From Marsupella aquatica (Eukaryota; Plantae; Marchantiophyta): DNA of 64,000 bases. The position numbers and the translations under genes are program-made. The notes under the pieces are model-generated. The model was not told the DNA's origin. It did no database searches and saw nothing but the letters and a program-made list of their open reading frames with translations. This document shows positions 1-12,720 of the stretch, piece by piece (within the stretch, counting starts at the first letter, position 1; the number at the start of each line of letters is the position of its first letter). The stretch spans positions 8,559,241 through 8,623,240 of the forward strand of contig OZ316899.1 of NCBI GenBank assembly GCA_973895155.1. Reading direction: 5' to 3'.

Positions 1-257
1 GTGTCAGCAGCCACCTTCAAGAATTTGTTATATGGACCCGAAGTGTCCCCTTACACGCTCATAACCCGAGAGTACGAATGGCGCTCCGCCGCCATCCCGA
101 ACATAAATGCCCCTTATTAACTAATGATTCCCTAGTCATAAGTACTACCTACTTAGTGTTGTTATGCTAATAACTACGGCCTATGGTGCCCCTAACGAGC
201 GTGCTAAGCACGGCTAAGCCGAATCAATCATTAACCGCCGTGCTGGTGGCGTCACAA

Positions 258-1126
258 AAATACAGGATGTTGTCGGTGCGCAATTCAAGCTTCCATCGTC
301 AACATTGCTACATATTCAACAACACTCATGCCTATTTCTTTCACAGAAATGCAAGTTCGGTTATTCTTGTACAGTCAATGGTTAAATGTTTAAAACACAA
401 CATTTGGAGCCACTTCCCTTCATAGAACATGTGCGAGTTGGTGCTCCTAGCTCGCAGCAAACAACCGCAATGCAATTTTGCAACTTCTGAGTCAAGTTAC
501 TTCCAAGACAACCAGACAACAAATCGCAAGCGCATGACAATTTCTTCACGGACAACAGACGATGACCAAATCAGCCTTTGCGGAATGATTACAGGTTTGC
601 TGGTCTTTCCAAAAAACGCAATAAATCCATCAACCATCAAACCAATATCCTCACGAAATAGTACTCCTGATCAGCCCAATGATGCTTCACAACGCTTCAC
701 ATTGATCGGACAGCAACTCAGATCTGAGCAACTTAGATTGGGAAAACTTCAAGCTCTAGATCCAATTGCACTTTCTCAACACCAACTGTAGCAAATCGCA
801 ATACCAACAATCTGAGCTACCACAAACCATCGCCAAACACAATCAAACTAAAAATTGAAGCTCTGTCTGACAGCAACAGAGTTTGGCCTCACTTCTTTTA
901 TGTAATCTTAACACAATCAAACCACAATCAATGCCAAACACACCTCATGCTATGAGGAATCCACGTTATGTATACATGAAACTGGCCAGCCACACCACAG
1001 CCGCCAAAGCTCATGCGCAAAGGCTCAACATTGAAAGATAACCTTTCAATGCCTCACAAGGGAGAACTACTCTCCCACACAAACCTAACATAATCTTACC
1101 GGCTTATATAGCACACATACTAAACA
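258..1126 (-). mobile_element. Possible LTR-like insertion that truncates the CACTA family-2 terminus
   Basis: On the minus strand the sequence starts TGTTTAG at 1126, with a TATATAAG box ~16 bp in. This is exactly where homology to the CACTA-2 right end stops. No partner LTR or TSD seen; left boundary uncertain. Confidence 0.25.
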
Positions 1127-4100
1127 TTTAGACCAAACCTTATAGGACTGAGGCCACTAAGTCCTTTTTTCATACTTAAAATGATTCGGAACCATTGCAC
1201 CGGTTCACATGAACACTAGAAAAGACTATGAGTGCTTTCTAGTTTATGATAAGACTGGGAAAAGTCAACTTTCTACTTTGTGAAGGGTGAAACTCTTAAT
1301 GTTGGCTTTTGATAATGGTTGTGCATTGGGGGGGGGGGGGGTGCACAACAAAAATGGGAAATTGCCCCAATGTGTCATATATACCCAACAAGGCCATGCT
1401 TTAATCACTAAGCAACTTGTCATCCCCCAAGAACATGTCGTGTTTAGGGTCAATTTGGTCAAGATTGAAGTTATTTTTACAACAACAGGGCAAGCAACCA
1501 AATTAGGATAACTTGTGCTTTGGTACATACCCCAAATTCATTTGTATCATATATGTTGGGAAACATAAGTATAAGGGATTCAAGAGGACAATGTTCACTT
1601 ATATTCAGGAGGGGCATATCTCATTAAATGGCCTCATTTGTGACCAAAACATGTTTGGGTTACATGAAGTTAAGTTTGCTCTTAATTCATCCCACATATA
1701 ACGCTTACTGCCAACGTATTGCTTTAGGGTTTAAACCGTTTAACTACCCTAATATGTCACAGTTCAGAATACTTGAGTTCACGAGGGAGTGAGGTGCGAG
1801 ATTTTATTCATGCACCATTACCACATTGGCAAACTTTGGTAAGGGAATCCCAAGGGGGCTTCAGATACTTGCACGATTGTTGGAGGGGAACAAGTCGGAG
1901 CAACCGTTGGAGGGTCAACTTTGCATACACTTTGCACCTCCATACTTTGTTGCACCCTAATCCCGCCACATTTCTAACTTTTTGCATATCCAGCCAGTGG
2001 TTTATCGTGTTGTCTTCGTGGGCACTACTGTGAAGTGAGGTTTAGTGTGACTCATTTCTCGTGGTCAGTGCTGCGGAATTAGAGACAAAGGATTTGGTGT
2101 GCCAAGGATGTTGTGGTAACAACGTGAACCAGCCATTTTTTACAGTCTTGCAATGTTAGTGAGCTGTGAAGGTTGCGCTTGTGTCCCGTCGCCACCTGCT
2201 CCCATTGTTGCATGTTCATTCAAGTTGCTTGAGCATAGGTGATTTCTACTGCTGCGGAAGGCAAGCTGCTTGAAGGGAGGTGACATTGTATGCAAAGATT
2301 GCGGAAGGCCATCAGAGGTTGGGCAAAGCAGTTGCAAGAGCTGCGGTCAAGGAGGAGCTCAATGCGGGGAGAAGTTGGGGGCGGGGAGGAGCTGCGGTCA
2401 AGGAGGGTACATTGGGTCATCGCTTACATTTTAGGTGTTGACGTGAGGGAAACCTTGAGGTCGGAGCTACAACCGATTGGAGGTGGTCTGCAATTGACAA
2501 TCGTAGACATTTCCTCCCGTTGCGGATTGGCACTTGCTTCCCTCAACCTATTGTTGCCTCCCATTGCCATTGCTGATTGCCGCTATCATTGTTGAATGCT
2601 TGCCAATGCCTTTGCTGGTTGACACAACTTGTGCTTGTCATTGCCTTTTCTATTGTCTGTGGCCACCGCCGCCTCTGCTTCTCATGTACAAGGATCCATT
2701 GCCATCTACTGCGTATCGAGCATTGCCATCACCATTTTTCTGATTGGAATAGGACTAAGTGTGGCGGAGCAAGACGGGGAGCTACCTTGGTTGCAGACAA
2801 GACCCAATTGCAAAGGAGGCATTGGGAAGGTGTTGGTTGAATGTCTAGCACTGTCTTGTGACAATTGAAGATTGCCCCTTACCTTTTACCGCCATCATTG
2901 AAGAGTGATCAACCCGGATATAGCACTTGTGCATAGGCGTTGGGTGAACGCAGTGAATGAGATTTGTGCCACCCTCTTCACACTCTCTCGCGTCTATCTC
3001 CCGATATTTCACGCGTAGCCAAGTCCACCAAAAGCTCTCTCCCTACAATCCCTCCCAAATCAACTTTCTTGTTTCCTGCTGCTACTGATGTATGTTTGTT
3101 CTTCCCTATTTTTGTTTACTGGTTGGTCTCTCCACACTTCTTGCTTGACATGACTGTTTTGTTCCTCCCTGGATCCAAACATGCCTTGTGCCCCATGCTC
3201 CAACGGCGGAGTGGGGGGTGAATAGACGTTTAGGGACGGTTGCAATTTACAGGAACCGTGCATGTTTCAATTGATTTTAACCGCTAGTTCCCTTGCTTTC
3301 CCTTGCTTTTGCTAAGATCCCTCCCCACTAATCACCTGCATCATTTTCTAGTCTCAAGGGGGACCACAGCCTCCAACCATACCTTGTGGCGGGCCTGGTC
3401 AAGACGGTGGTTGGTAGCTCGTTTGTTTTTTTCTCTTTTGTTTCCCAAGCTTCTGGGCAAGGGCATTACCATTCCGGATTCTCCCCAAGGCGCCACTAGC
3501 TTTTTTCTTGGTGGCCCGTGCGCTTGCCTTCTTAGTTTCATTCTTATTTTCTCTCGTTAGGTTTTCATTCACCTGATTTGGACTTTTTGATCTGGTGGAA
3601 TCTGTTTTGACAACTTGTGTTTGTTCTAATTGCTTATATCTCAAGAGGGTCATCAACAAAGCTGACAGGAGTCAAACCTAACTACAAGCTAGCAGATAGG
3701 TCAAATGCTCCCAAGTCGAGTCAAAGGAAAGTTACTAAAACTACACCTTCACAACTCCTGCGGGGGTTAACTTAGTGTATATTTTGGGGTTCCACGTGCG
3801 ATCCTGGCCTAATATAAACACACCTATTTTATAATGAGAATATTCCAAAAATATTCTCTATTTTCAATATTAATGACCTATTTTACTTTATAAAAGGTAT
3901 ATATTAGAGAATATTTTGCAAATATGGGTTTATAATACCTTCTTTTGCTTCCTACGCTTTTTAAAAATTTAGCTAAATTATATGAAAAATACATATTTTG
4001 GATCGCACGTGGTTCCTAAGATTGTTGATAGTCAACCCCCCGAGCACAACTCTCGAAATTGAAAAATAAAATTCAGTTTGAGACACGCAGCTGAAGGCCT

Positions 4101-6817
4101 CAAGGATAACTATATGGCCACGTTGTCCCTCATTCAAGTCCAAAGTCCTCTTCAGATTGTTTTCTCTACCAGTCCAGTTCAAATGCCCTATGGATTAATT
4201 TGGTCTTTCTTGTACAAGTCCAGACCGGTATTCAATTGGCAAGTTCTGAACTCCTGTCTGAACTTCAACTAGTTCTTATTGGGTTTTGAGAATAGACTCC
4301 ACGTTGTTGCTTCTCCCTTTTGGGCCAGCCCTCCTTGCTCAACGTAGGCATACAATCATGGCACTGTTACATACTTTAGTTTTCAAAAAATGCTCCTTCT
4401 CAGAAGCATGTTTTGAGTAGTTTGCTTGTCAGTTGAGTTATTGCTTTCCCATTGACAAACCTAGCATGTGGAGGAATTGCTAATTGAGCTATATATTGCT
4501 TTGCCAACTGAGCTGTGAGGAAGACATTGTCAACTCCATTGTTGAGCTCCTTTGGCGCCTTGCTGTGGAGGTAAGCCAACGCTTCACCTCATCTCAACCT
4601 TGACCTTCATTTGTTATTGGTGGGAGACCGAGTTGCCCCAAAAGCTGTGAACGTTTAGTTGTGTTGCGGTTGATAGCCTACTTTAAAGATCATGTCAGTA
4701 TAGTGTGTCGGCCCTTTCTCAACATTTTTCTTATTGCAATTGGGAGCTGGAGATGTAAAGACTATGGTGTTGCTGTCCAGGAGCACGATTGGGGTAGCAA
4801 GACAACAGGTGCAGAGATTGGGGTAGTGTGTTGGAGACAACGTGAGCTACTTTTGCAGCTGGACTTGCCAGCTCTACTCCATCATTCTTTAGTAGTGGCT
4901 GGAGAGAGAGTTGATCGACCAGCTGCAACCACTATTTGCAGCTACATTGGGTATGTAGGCCTTCTGCTGTTGGAGCTCTCCTTAATATTCTCCTCTGTTC
5001 TGCAGTGTAGGGGCAGGTATTTCAATTTTAGAAGCTCTAGGCTTTGTTTCAAATTGATTTAAGTTGGGAGATGAGGTCGGTCAAAAATTGTGTCTGAGCG
5101 ACCGTTAAGTCCTATTGTGCTAACAAGAGAGAGTACAATGTGGAAATTCTGAGAGTGAGGGGTTTTGGTTAAAAAGTACACTAGCTTCTGATTTATAAGT
5201 ATACAGAAGAGCAACATATTCTGGAGCCCTAAGGCAACTTCTGCCGCAACAATCTCTCTATCTATCTATCTCAGTCCCACGTCTAGACAAGGGAGGGTCA
5301 CCTCAAAATGAACTGCTAGATAGCAAGCAAAGGGTGTGTGCTGTATTTTGATCTGGACAACCAAGTGTAGAGTTGACTCTTTCTGAATGTTATAGTTTGT
5401 TTTGCCTTGAACTGGGCCATGAATGAATTGAGCTTATGAGCAGTTTTTTTCATTCCCATCTTCCTGAAGCTTTGATTGCTTTCTGCCACCCCCTTGTGGT
5501 GGGGCCTTTTTGTGAAAGATCCTTTTTGTGAACAGAGTCTGTACTTTGATTATGAAGTTTGACTGTCTTTCTGTTTACTGAAAGAATGTGACTGTGTAAG
5601 AGTTCCGTTTGGCAGTGGATTGGTTGAAGCACTTCTTGCTAGTGTGTTGTCCACAGCTCTTCGACCAGCTTTCATATTCCTTGTCTTTCACCACTTACGA
5701 TGACATGAATTCATCTAAGACCATAGAAGGTTCCAAAGCATCTAACTTGTAAAATCACATTTTGTTTGTTTTTGGAATAAGGTGTTGGATGCCAAAAGAG
5801 ACGGCACAGCAAACACGCTGAAAAGACTTCAGGACTGGGTTCAACAAGGTAGTGAAGGTGCTTAGAGCCATAGTAAGTATGCATTTTGTATCCTTTCTTT
5901 GTTGATGTGAGCTTTGCATAGTGGGAGTTGTAGTTGGCAAGAGTTCCATAAGGCCAAATATGAATAGTTCCAGAAGTATGTGTATGAACCAAGTGTAGAG
6001 TTGACTCTTTCTGAAGATATAAGCATTTTCTGTTAGACCAGGCAACTTGGGAGTTGCTAAGTGTCACCTATATCTGAGGGGCTACACCGGGGGCAGCAGT
6101 GGAGGTTCACTTGCACAACACGACAACCAGTGAATTTTCTCTCTACTGCAACCTGCAAGGTGAGACTTTCGCTCTTTCTAGATGAAAAAACAGGATCCAA
6201 ATATGATTTATACACATGTCCGTCAAGAACATGGGTTTATCAACAAGCTCTTTGTCTTAGGAAACTCAACATCAAATATGTACTATGCACTTTTCATGCT
6301 ATGTGTATACTGTGACTTGTGGTTGGAACCAAGTCAGTGAGTGGGAATTGATAAGTTTAGGTTGGTAAGTTGTTGGCGAGGCAAGTCAACCTCCTGCTTG
6401 CCTTGCTCATCAAAGGACGTGAACAAAGGACATCACAACAAAAGCAACACTTATGGTGAGGACCCGCAACGCTGAACATGTGCGGCTTGCACGCAAGGCA
6501 AAAATGTTGCACCTTGAGTATGTCAAACTTGGGATCCTTCCAGCCTAGTCTGCATGGTACTTTGAGTACCCTGTTGTTGCCAGGAACAACTACAGCCGAC
6601 CTCTACCTGCTTCAGTACCCTTCCCAACATCCTTGGTATTTGTGTCACTTGTACATGACCCACCACAAATTAGGTGCCAAGGGTGTGTGCACAGTTGCCA
6701 ATATGACTGTCCTGCCTGTAGGGCTTCTGGCCCAAAATTGGATGACCATTCTCTTGGATGTCAATATTTGCATAGAGCACAATGTATCATCTAGAACCAC
6801 TCGCCATCCTGTAGTGT
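1127..6817 (+). mobile_element. Diverged CACTA family-2 remnant, part 1 (inverted relative to 33984-51646)
   Basis: Collinear inverted similarity blocks: 1127-1205 ~ rc 51545-51625; ~1590 ~ rc 50700-50790; 2290-2380 ~ rc 49900-49970; 2965-3540 ~ rc 48400-48845; 6100-6817 ~ rc 46490-47150. Terminal CACTAG is missing. Confidence 0.75.
3758..4044. mobile_element. 287-bp MITE with 8-bp TSD
   Basis: TSD CACAACTC at 3750-3757 and 4045-4052. Imperfect TIRs CTGCGGGGGTTAACT / rc CTCGGGGGGTTGACT, an internal inverted pair CCACGTGCGATCC / GGATCGCACGTGG, and an AT-rich core. Confidence 0.75.
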
Positions 6818-8455
6818 TGTCGCGCCCCTAACCCGGGCCTTAAATCCAGTTTAGCTCCATGGGGCAACCTTGACCACCAGTAGGGGTGAGGGTTTGGGCA
6901 AGGAGGTGTGTAGTGGCCTCGATTGGCCCTAAGTTGGGCTAAGGCAATATACTTACTGGTATAACACTCACGCAACTCGTACTAGTCATAGGTATATTTG
7001 TTTTCCACCGCTGGAATATTCCCACAGTTAGTGACTCGGACTAACTCTCGGCTTGGGGCTTTCAAGCCATCGACGCGACAGAACCTTGTGACATGCAATG
7101 GGTGGCAATCCCTACCATTAGTCCGCACCCGATACGTCCCTTGAAATGGCACCTTTGCCTAGACAAAGCATACACACAACACCAGTTACTCGCAGAAACA
7201 TTAGAGGGAAAAGACTACATTTACTCAGCGAAGAATCAATTTACATAGTTGACTCGACTTCTAAGGGGGTCAGCAGGCCCAACGGCAGTCGATGCCTAGT
7301 CTCTACAAGGCCTCGCCCCGCACTTGCCCAACAAGCTCGACTCTGGCTCTCACTCCTTGGTGCGCTCTGACCCTGCTCAGGCTGGGACTCCCCGTGCCTC
7401 GCCTTTTCTTATGCTAAGATAACTAAGCCTTCTCCCCCTCCCACAGCGGAAAGGGAAGCCTAAATACTATGATTACGGAAAGGAACCGGAAGATACTACC
7501 TTCCGGGGTAATGCCTACTGACTAATTACCCTCTGACTAGCCGGCCGCACTCCTCTGACCGGTTGACCGTCGACGACAAGGGCGCTGACCGGAATGGCAG
7601 CAGCTAAGTCTACTGACCAAAATCTAGTCCGTTGATGGACTCTATCCTATGTTGGCTGATCCTAACTGATCCGGTCCTAATTCTTCCTACTGTGCCACTA
7701 ATCGGCGCCTAATGATAGCTATTCTATTGTTACGTCTAACCAAAAGATGCCGCTGACTGAACCGCCTTGCGCGGCGCCTGCTTCCACCCTTTGCTAACCA
7801 CCTCGAGCCATGGTCGGACCAGGGTTTTTCCTCCTGTCGGGGCGAGACCTCGAGCCACCTTGATCAGAGGTGGGCCCAGGTCTTCCCCGCTGGAGGACGA
7901 GCAGGGTAATGCGGTCCTGCAAGGCCTTGTTGTCCCGCACAGCCTCCTCTGCCTTGTTTGCAGCTTCATCGACCTCTGTCTGGAGTCGTGCTACCTCCAG
8001 GTTGAGCTGGTCGATGGAGTCACGATGGGTCTGGTCTTGCGCCAACAATTTATCCCGTTCAGTGGAGAGACTAGCCACCTGCTGAGCTGCTTGTAGGAAT
8101 TGGTTGTTGAGGTCGGTCAGGCTGGTAACCCAAGCCGAGGATTTCGAGCGCAACTGAGGCACGATGTCGTCTAGCTTCTTGAGATCCGCTTGCGCCCTGC
8201 TCAACTCCCGGGTTAGTCCATCCCGCTGTTCGACGGTGCGGACTAACTCCTCACGGCGGGTAGTGGCCTCCTCCTTGAGGTGTTCTACGAGCATTTGGAG
8301 GCGCCCGATCTCATTCCCCCTCGCCATGAGTTCTTCTTCCAAGTGGCTTACAATCCGTGGTTGGTGCTCTAACATGAAGAAGGCTGGTTGAAAGTACGTC
8401 GAGCCTTGTTGTCCGATGTACGTCGCCAGCTCCCCTGACAGAGTCTGACTAAACT
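6818..8455 (-). mobile_element. Truncated Ty3/Gypsy LTR-end segment with coiled-coil ORF (7794-8455)
   Basis: Reverse-complement copy of 30970-32604. Terminus TGTCGCGCCCCTAACCCGGG abuts the host CACTA-2-like sequence at 6818; fused to CACTA-1 copy A at ~8455. Confidence 0.8.
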
Positions 8456-9165
8456 TCCGTTGATGATGCCGACAGACTTTCCGATTCCAACCCATTCGCA
8501 AACCTGCACATCCAATCCAATACGTATCGGACACCAACAAACAGACCTTCTCTCAAAACGACCATTGTCCGATAGTAATGGTATGGGATAGTTCCATAGT
8601 TTTTGCTACGTACATTGCGATGTGTGTAGTATCGGAGTTTACGATACGTTTAGTATCGGAGTTTGCCTTTGGAGAATTATCGGATGTTGCGTTAGATTTG
8701 GTATCGGATAGTGCGATGTAATGAGGTTTGGAAAATCCAATGACGTTGCCATCGGACACATTGTTTTGATGTTTTGGTTTTGTTGGAGGGGTCCGATGCG
8801 GAAAGGATCGGATGCTACGAAGGGGATTGAAACGGAAGGACCGATGAAGGTGCAAACGGACATCATAACGGATGGCTTAATTTGTTACAATAGCTAGGGT
8901 TTCATGGGTGGTTATTTTGGGTTTGAGAACATCAACCAATATATTAGGGTCCAAAGGAGGCTCAAAACATGTGGTCAAAATCTCATATTAAAAAAGGGGA
9001 TGACCCCAATATGTACAAAATGGAATGGGCCTACCTAGTAGACCCATCTCGGTGACTGTTTGCTCCATGGGAACACCTAAATGGAGCACTGAGTAGAGAC
9101 TACATTCCATGGCACCTGCTAAGATCTAATCAAAGCTACCAGACCTACCTACACGGCACTAACCT

Positions 9166-10140
9166 CTAAAAAGGTGTGTTCCGTCCCTTCTTCTTCTTGT
9201 GGCGAGAGCAAAGCAGGGGAACAGGTGCGGGATCCACAACCGGTGGAGCCACCTATTGACCAGATGGTGGGTCTAATCCTGTCCTACCCCCTGACCCACT
9301 AGATGCACCGCTAGGCACGGTAGAAGTCCCACCAACCCCTAACACAGCTGAGTGAAAGGAGGCCTCGCCCCCCGGCAGACCTACTAGAGTGATGAGAGGT
9401 TGCGGCTGCGGATGATGCATGTGGCCCATGCCGTGCTGTACTGCCACCTGACTCACGAGATGGCGCTAGACCCCTAGAGCCACCATCGTCCAAGTCACCA
9501 CTGCCTCAACAAGGGGGGCTAGGTGCAGCAGATACTCCTCGACAAGGGGAGCTAGGTGCAGCAGATACTCCTCGACGAGGGGGGTTAGGTGCAGAGCATA
9601 CTCCTGAGCGATGGTGTGGGCTTGCACCACCTCTACTACCCCTTGAAGGCCCCGGCCTCGCAGCCCGCGATGCTCCCCGTGACTGATGAGAGCTCACACC
9701 ATCAACAGCATGTGACCCACCTCCCCTCCCTCCCAATGTGAGGGTAACATGAGGTATCTGGGCAGTAGGGGCAACTCTAGGAATAGTCTGGGAAACTATA
9801 GGAACAGCCCGGGAAACTCTAGGAATAGTCGCGGTAGCTCTAGGCTCCCTCTGCAACCTTGCCTCAAATGCTGAGTCCTCATCATCTGACTCCCCAGACC
9901 CCTCCTCCTCCTCCTGCACATTACAATTAATTATATAAAGTAAGGAACCTGGTCAAAAGTCTACAAATGTAGCAGTGCTCTAGCTAAGCAAAACATTGTC
10001 CCAACTTAGGTAGGGGGAGGGAACAATTACCTCTCCCAGCTCATCCTCAATCTGTCGCTTTAGAGCACGGGGTCCATCCCTTGCTGCTAGTTCCCTCTCT
10101 TTTGGATCAATGGGACAACCATACTCCCTCTCCTGACATT
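9166..10140 (-). pseudogene. 3' exons of the CACTA-1 minus-strand (TnpA-like) gene, copy A; low-complexity Pro/Gly/Arg tail
   Basis: ORFs 9506-9919 and 9253-9493 with splice-acceptor-like boundaries; duplicated at 54830-55800. Confidence 0.4.
9508..9606. repeat. ~33-bp tandem repeat x3 (GGGGCTAGGTGCAGCAGATACTCCTCGAC..)
   Basis: Visible directly; encodes RGVSAAPSPP-like repeats on the minus strand; also at 55175-55270. Confidence 0.7.
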
Positions 10141-11273
10141 TCAAAATTAAAAGACCACTTCAGCACAATAAATTTAGTTTCAACCATAAAATCCACTCCC
10201 TCTACCAAACTTCTCCCTCTCAAAACTCTATGCCTTCTATAACTTACTTAATCCCTAGCAAATACTCTAAACCCTAAAAAAATCACCAGTGAACTCAAGA
10301 AGGGGTCCATTCCATAATTTCATGCAAGTCAAGCATCCCTATCCTATGCAATCAAAAAAACCCTAAACCCTACCCATTTTAAACAAAATAAACCCAAATT
10401 CACTCGAAATATACTCGTTCCAATGCAGCATCCGATATGGATTCTATCGGACTGCTATCGGACCCCTCATCCGCTAAATTTGAATGTTACTATGTCCGAT
10501 GCGGGTTCCGATGCGGGTTACAACGAACAAACATCAGACTTAACAATCCCGAGAGCAAAACAAGGGGGAATTTACAAACGACAACAAACAGATAACAGTA
10601 ACAGGAAACAGATTCTGGTACCAGTTAAAAGGAGCTGTTACCAGTGAACAGTGTTTGGATGGTCGTGAACAGTGATCTTAAAAAAAGGTCTCAAAATCTC
10701 CATTTGAAAGTACAAGAATAGAAAACAAAACCACCAAACCCTCGTGATAAATAAAAGAACAACACGGGAACAATTTTTTGAAACATAAAAGACGGCTGCC
10801 AATTGAGATACACAAAATCCAAGACAAATACAAGTAGAAAAGAAAGGCCGGAAAAAACATTCGCATATATTATCGCAAAATAGAAAACGCGCTCAGCTTA
10901 AGTGATACAAAATGCAGTTATCAACATCAACAATCTGGCCTAAAAATCCCATCCATGAAGTCACGGTCGACACCGTCGGAGGTTTTCGACTAATACATGA
11001 ACAGCGCTCGGCGCTAGCCAAAAACTAACTAGAAAACTAGTCGTTTCTTGGAGACAAGATGCGTCCAAACCCAGACAACATAGTCAAGATCCATTCCCTC
11101 CCACAAAATCCGTTGTCGTTTCAATAGCACCCGGCGCTAGCCAAAACCTAAATAGTAGACAACCGGGAAAACCCTAACACCAGAGCTGAGGTCGACTTCA
11201 ATGCCACAAAATCCGGAAAACTTTAGCAGCGCCCGGCGCTAGCTTAAAGCGATCAGCAAAACAAAATTTCCAT

Positions 11274-12657
11274 CTAGCTTTCTGAGTTGCAATCATCATC
11301 CACTCCTGCTGCTTCTCTCCGCCGATCTTTCTTGAAGCCGAGACCACGCAAACGAACGTATCCCTCTGAAGGTCCTCGACGAACAGCCCTCGTAAAATGT
11401 TCATTAGGAATATTACTGTCCTTAAAATCAACTCGCCCGAACATTTCTTGTACTCTTCGATCGATTGGGAGTACCCCATCAACAAGAACTCCCGAGTGAG
11501 ACGAAAACCGACTAGAGAACGGAGGCGTAGGGGAATTGACAATCCAAGGGATGTTCTTCTCTCCAAGACTAATAGCCTCATCATACGGGAGAGCATGACG
11601 GTTCCGAAAAGTGGAAGTTTCAGTTTCTTCAGTCTCCATCCGCGATTCAAAAGAGTTGAAATGGCTCTCTTCCGGACGCACACGAGAAGGACGAAAAGCT
11701 GCCTCCCAATCCATTGGCTCATACTGACTCGCCATGTTCCAAAGATCCCGATCTAATATGTAACCTCTCCTCCCGTAAGAACGTCGTCCGCGAGTGCTAT
11801 AGCCGACAAAGGTCAAAGAAAGGTCCGCGAAGACTAAGACGCCAGATAAAGGTCCGCGTACACTACCATTCCGAAACGACCATCAAACTATCATCGTCCC
11901 GTTCTATTGCCTCCCGAAACTATCTTCGCCTTGGTAACAGGTATCGTCCCATTCTCTCGCCCTGCTCTAACGTCCCGTTCTATCGTCTTCCCGAAACTAT
12001 CGTCATCCTCAACTATCGACGTCCCCAACTCTCGTCGTCCCGAACAAACCTAAACGGAAACTATAGTCGTCCCTTCCGCCCGGTCCCTAAACTATGGTCC
12101 CCAACGGTTTTCCGACGACTGACTAAACGGCCATTTAGAGATTCCATTTGGCGAGCGCCAGGCGCTTGTAAAGAACAGAAGTCAAAAGTAATCAACAAGT
12201 AGAGAGAAATCAACAATTTCAAAGGACCCTCAGCAGAGGGAAATAATACACTTGTTACAAGCGTCGGGCGCTGCTAAAAGATTTAGCCTCAACTACCCAC
12301 TACTTCTCACGGTTCCGAAGATTCTGAGTCGGAACCAGAATCTGTACTCTGGGATCTGTCCGTGGACACAGCCTCATCATCTACGTACTGGCTACGGGAG
12401 AAGTCATCAACATAAGGATGTTTAATGAACTTTCGGTCAACACCCCTTCGTAACCGAAGACCTTTGTTTTCCCAGCAAAGTGTCCTTGCACTTTCTGCTT
12501 TCCTTGCGGCTTTCTCTGCATAGGAGGGAAGAACAAACGGTTTTTCCGGTGTTTCTACGTTGTGTCTCGCGATCTTCCTCCGCAGTTTGAATCGTCTCCT
12601 TGCATTCCACTCTGACCTGATATAACAAAGTCCATTTTGTAAGGCACCTTTCCCCAA
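11274..12657 (-). CDS. Uncharacterised MULE-internal ORFs (12307-12657, 11274-11816); possibly further exons of the ParB-MTase gene or a third gene
   Basis: Same-strand open frames downstream of the MTase exon; GT-like donor at ~12310; no recognised domain. Confidence 0.35.
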
Positions 12658-12720
12658 AACAACAAAAGAAATGTTATGAATTGACGGGAATGGAGAAAGA
12701 AGCTTATGAGTTTATGAACA

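Noticed and set aside
183-6315. Short ORFs as host genes
   Set aside because: No recognisable domains; most lie in degenerate CACTA-2-related non-coding sequence.
8553-8866. Duplicated ORFs in subterminal regions (also 28336-28895, 54220-54533, 63288-63847)
   Set aside because: They are by-products of TCGGA repeat arrays; their conservation reflects recent duplication, not coding selection.
10556-10569. 14-bp TSD CAAAACAAGGGGGA
   Set aside because: The extra matches come from the element's own GGG../..CCC termini. Comparison with the MITE ends and the empty site gives 9 bp (plus or minus 1).
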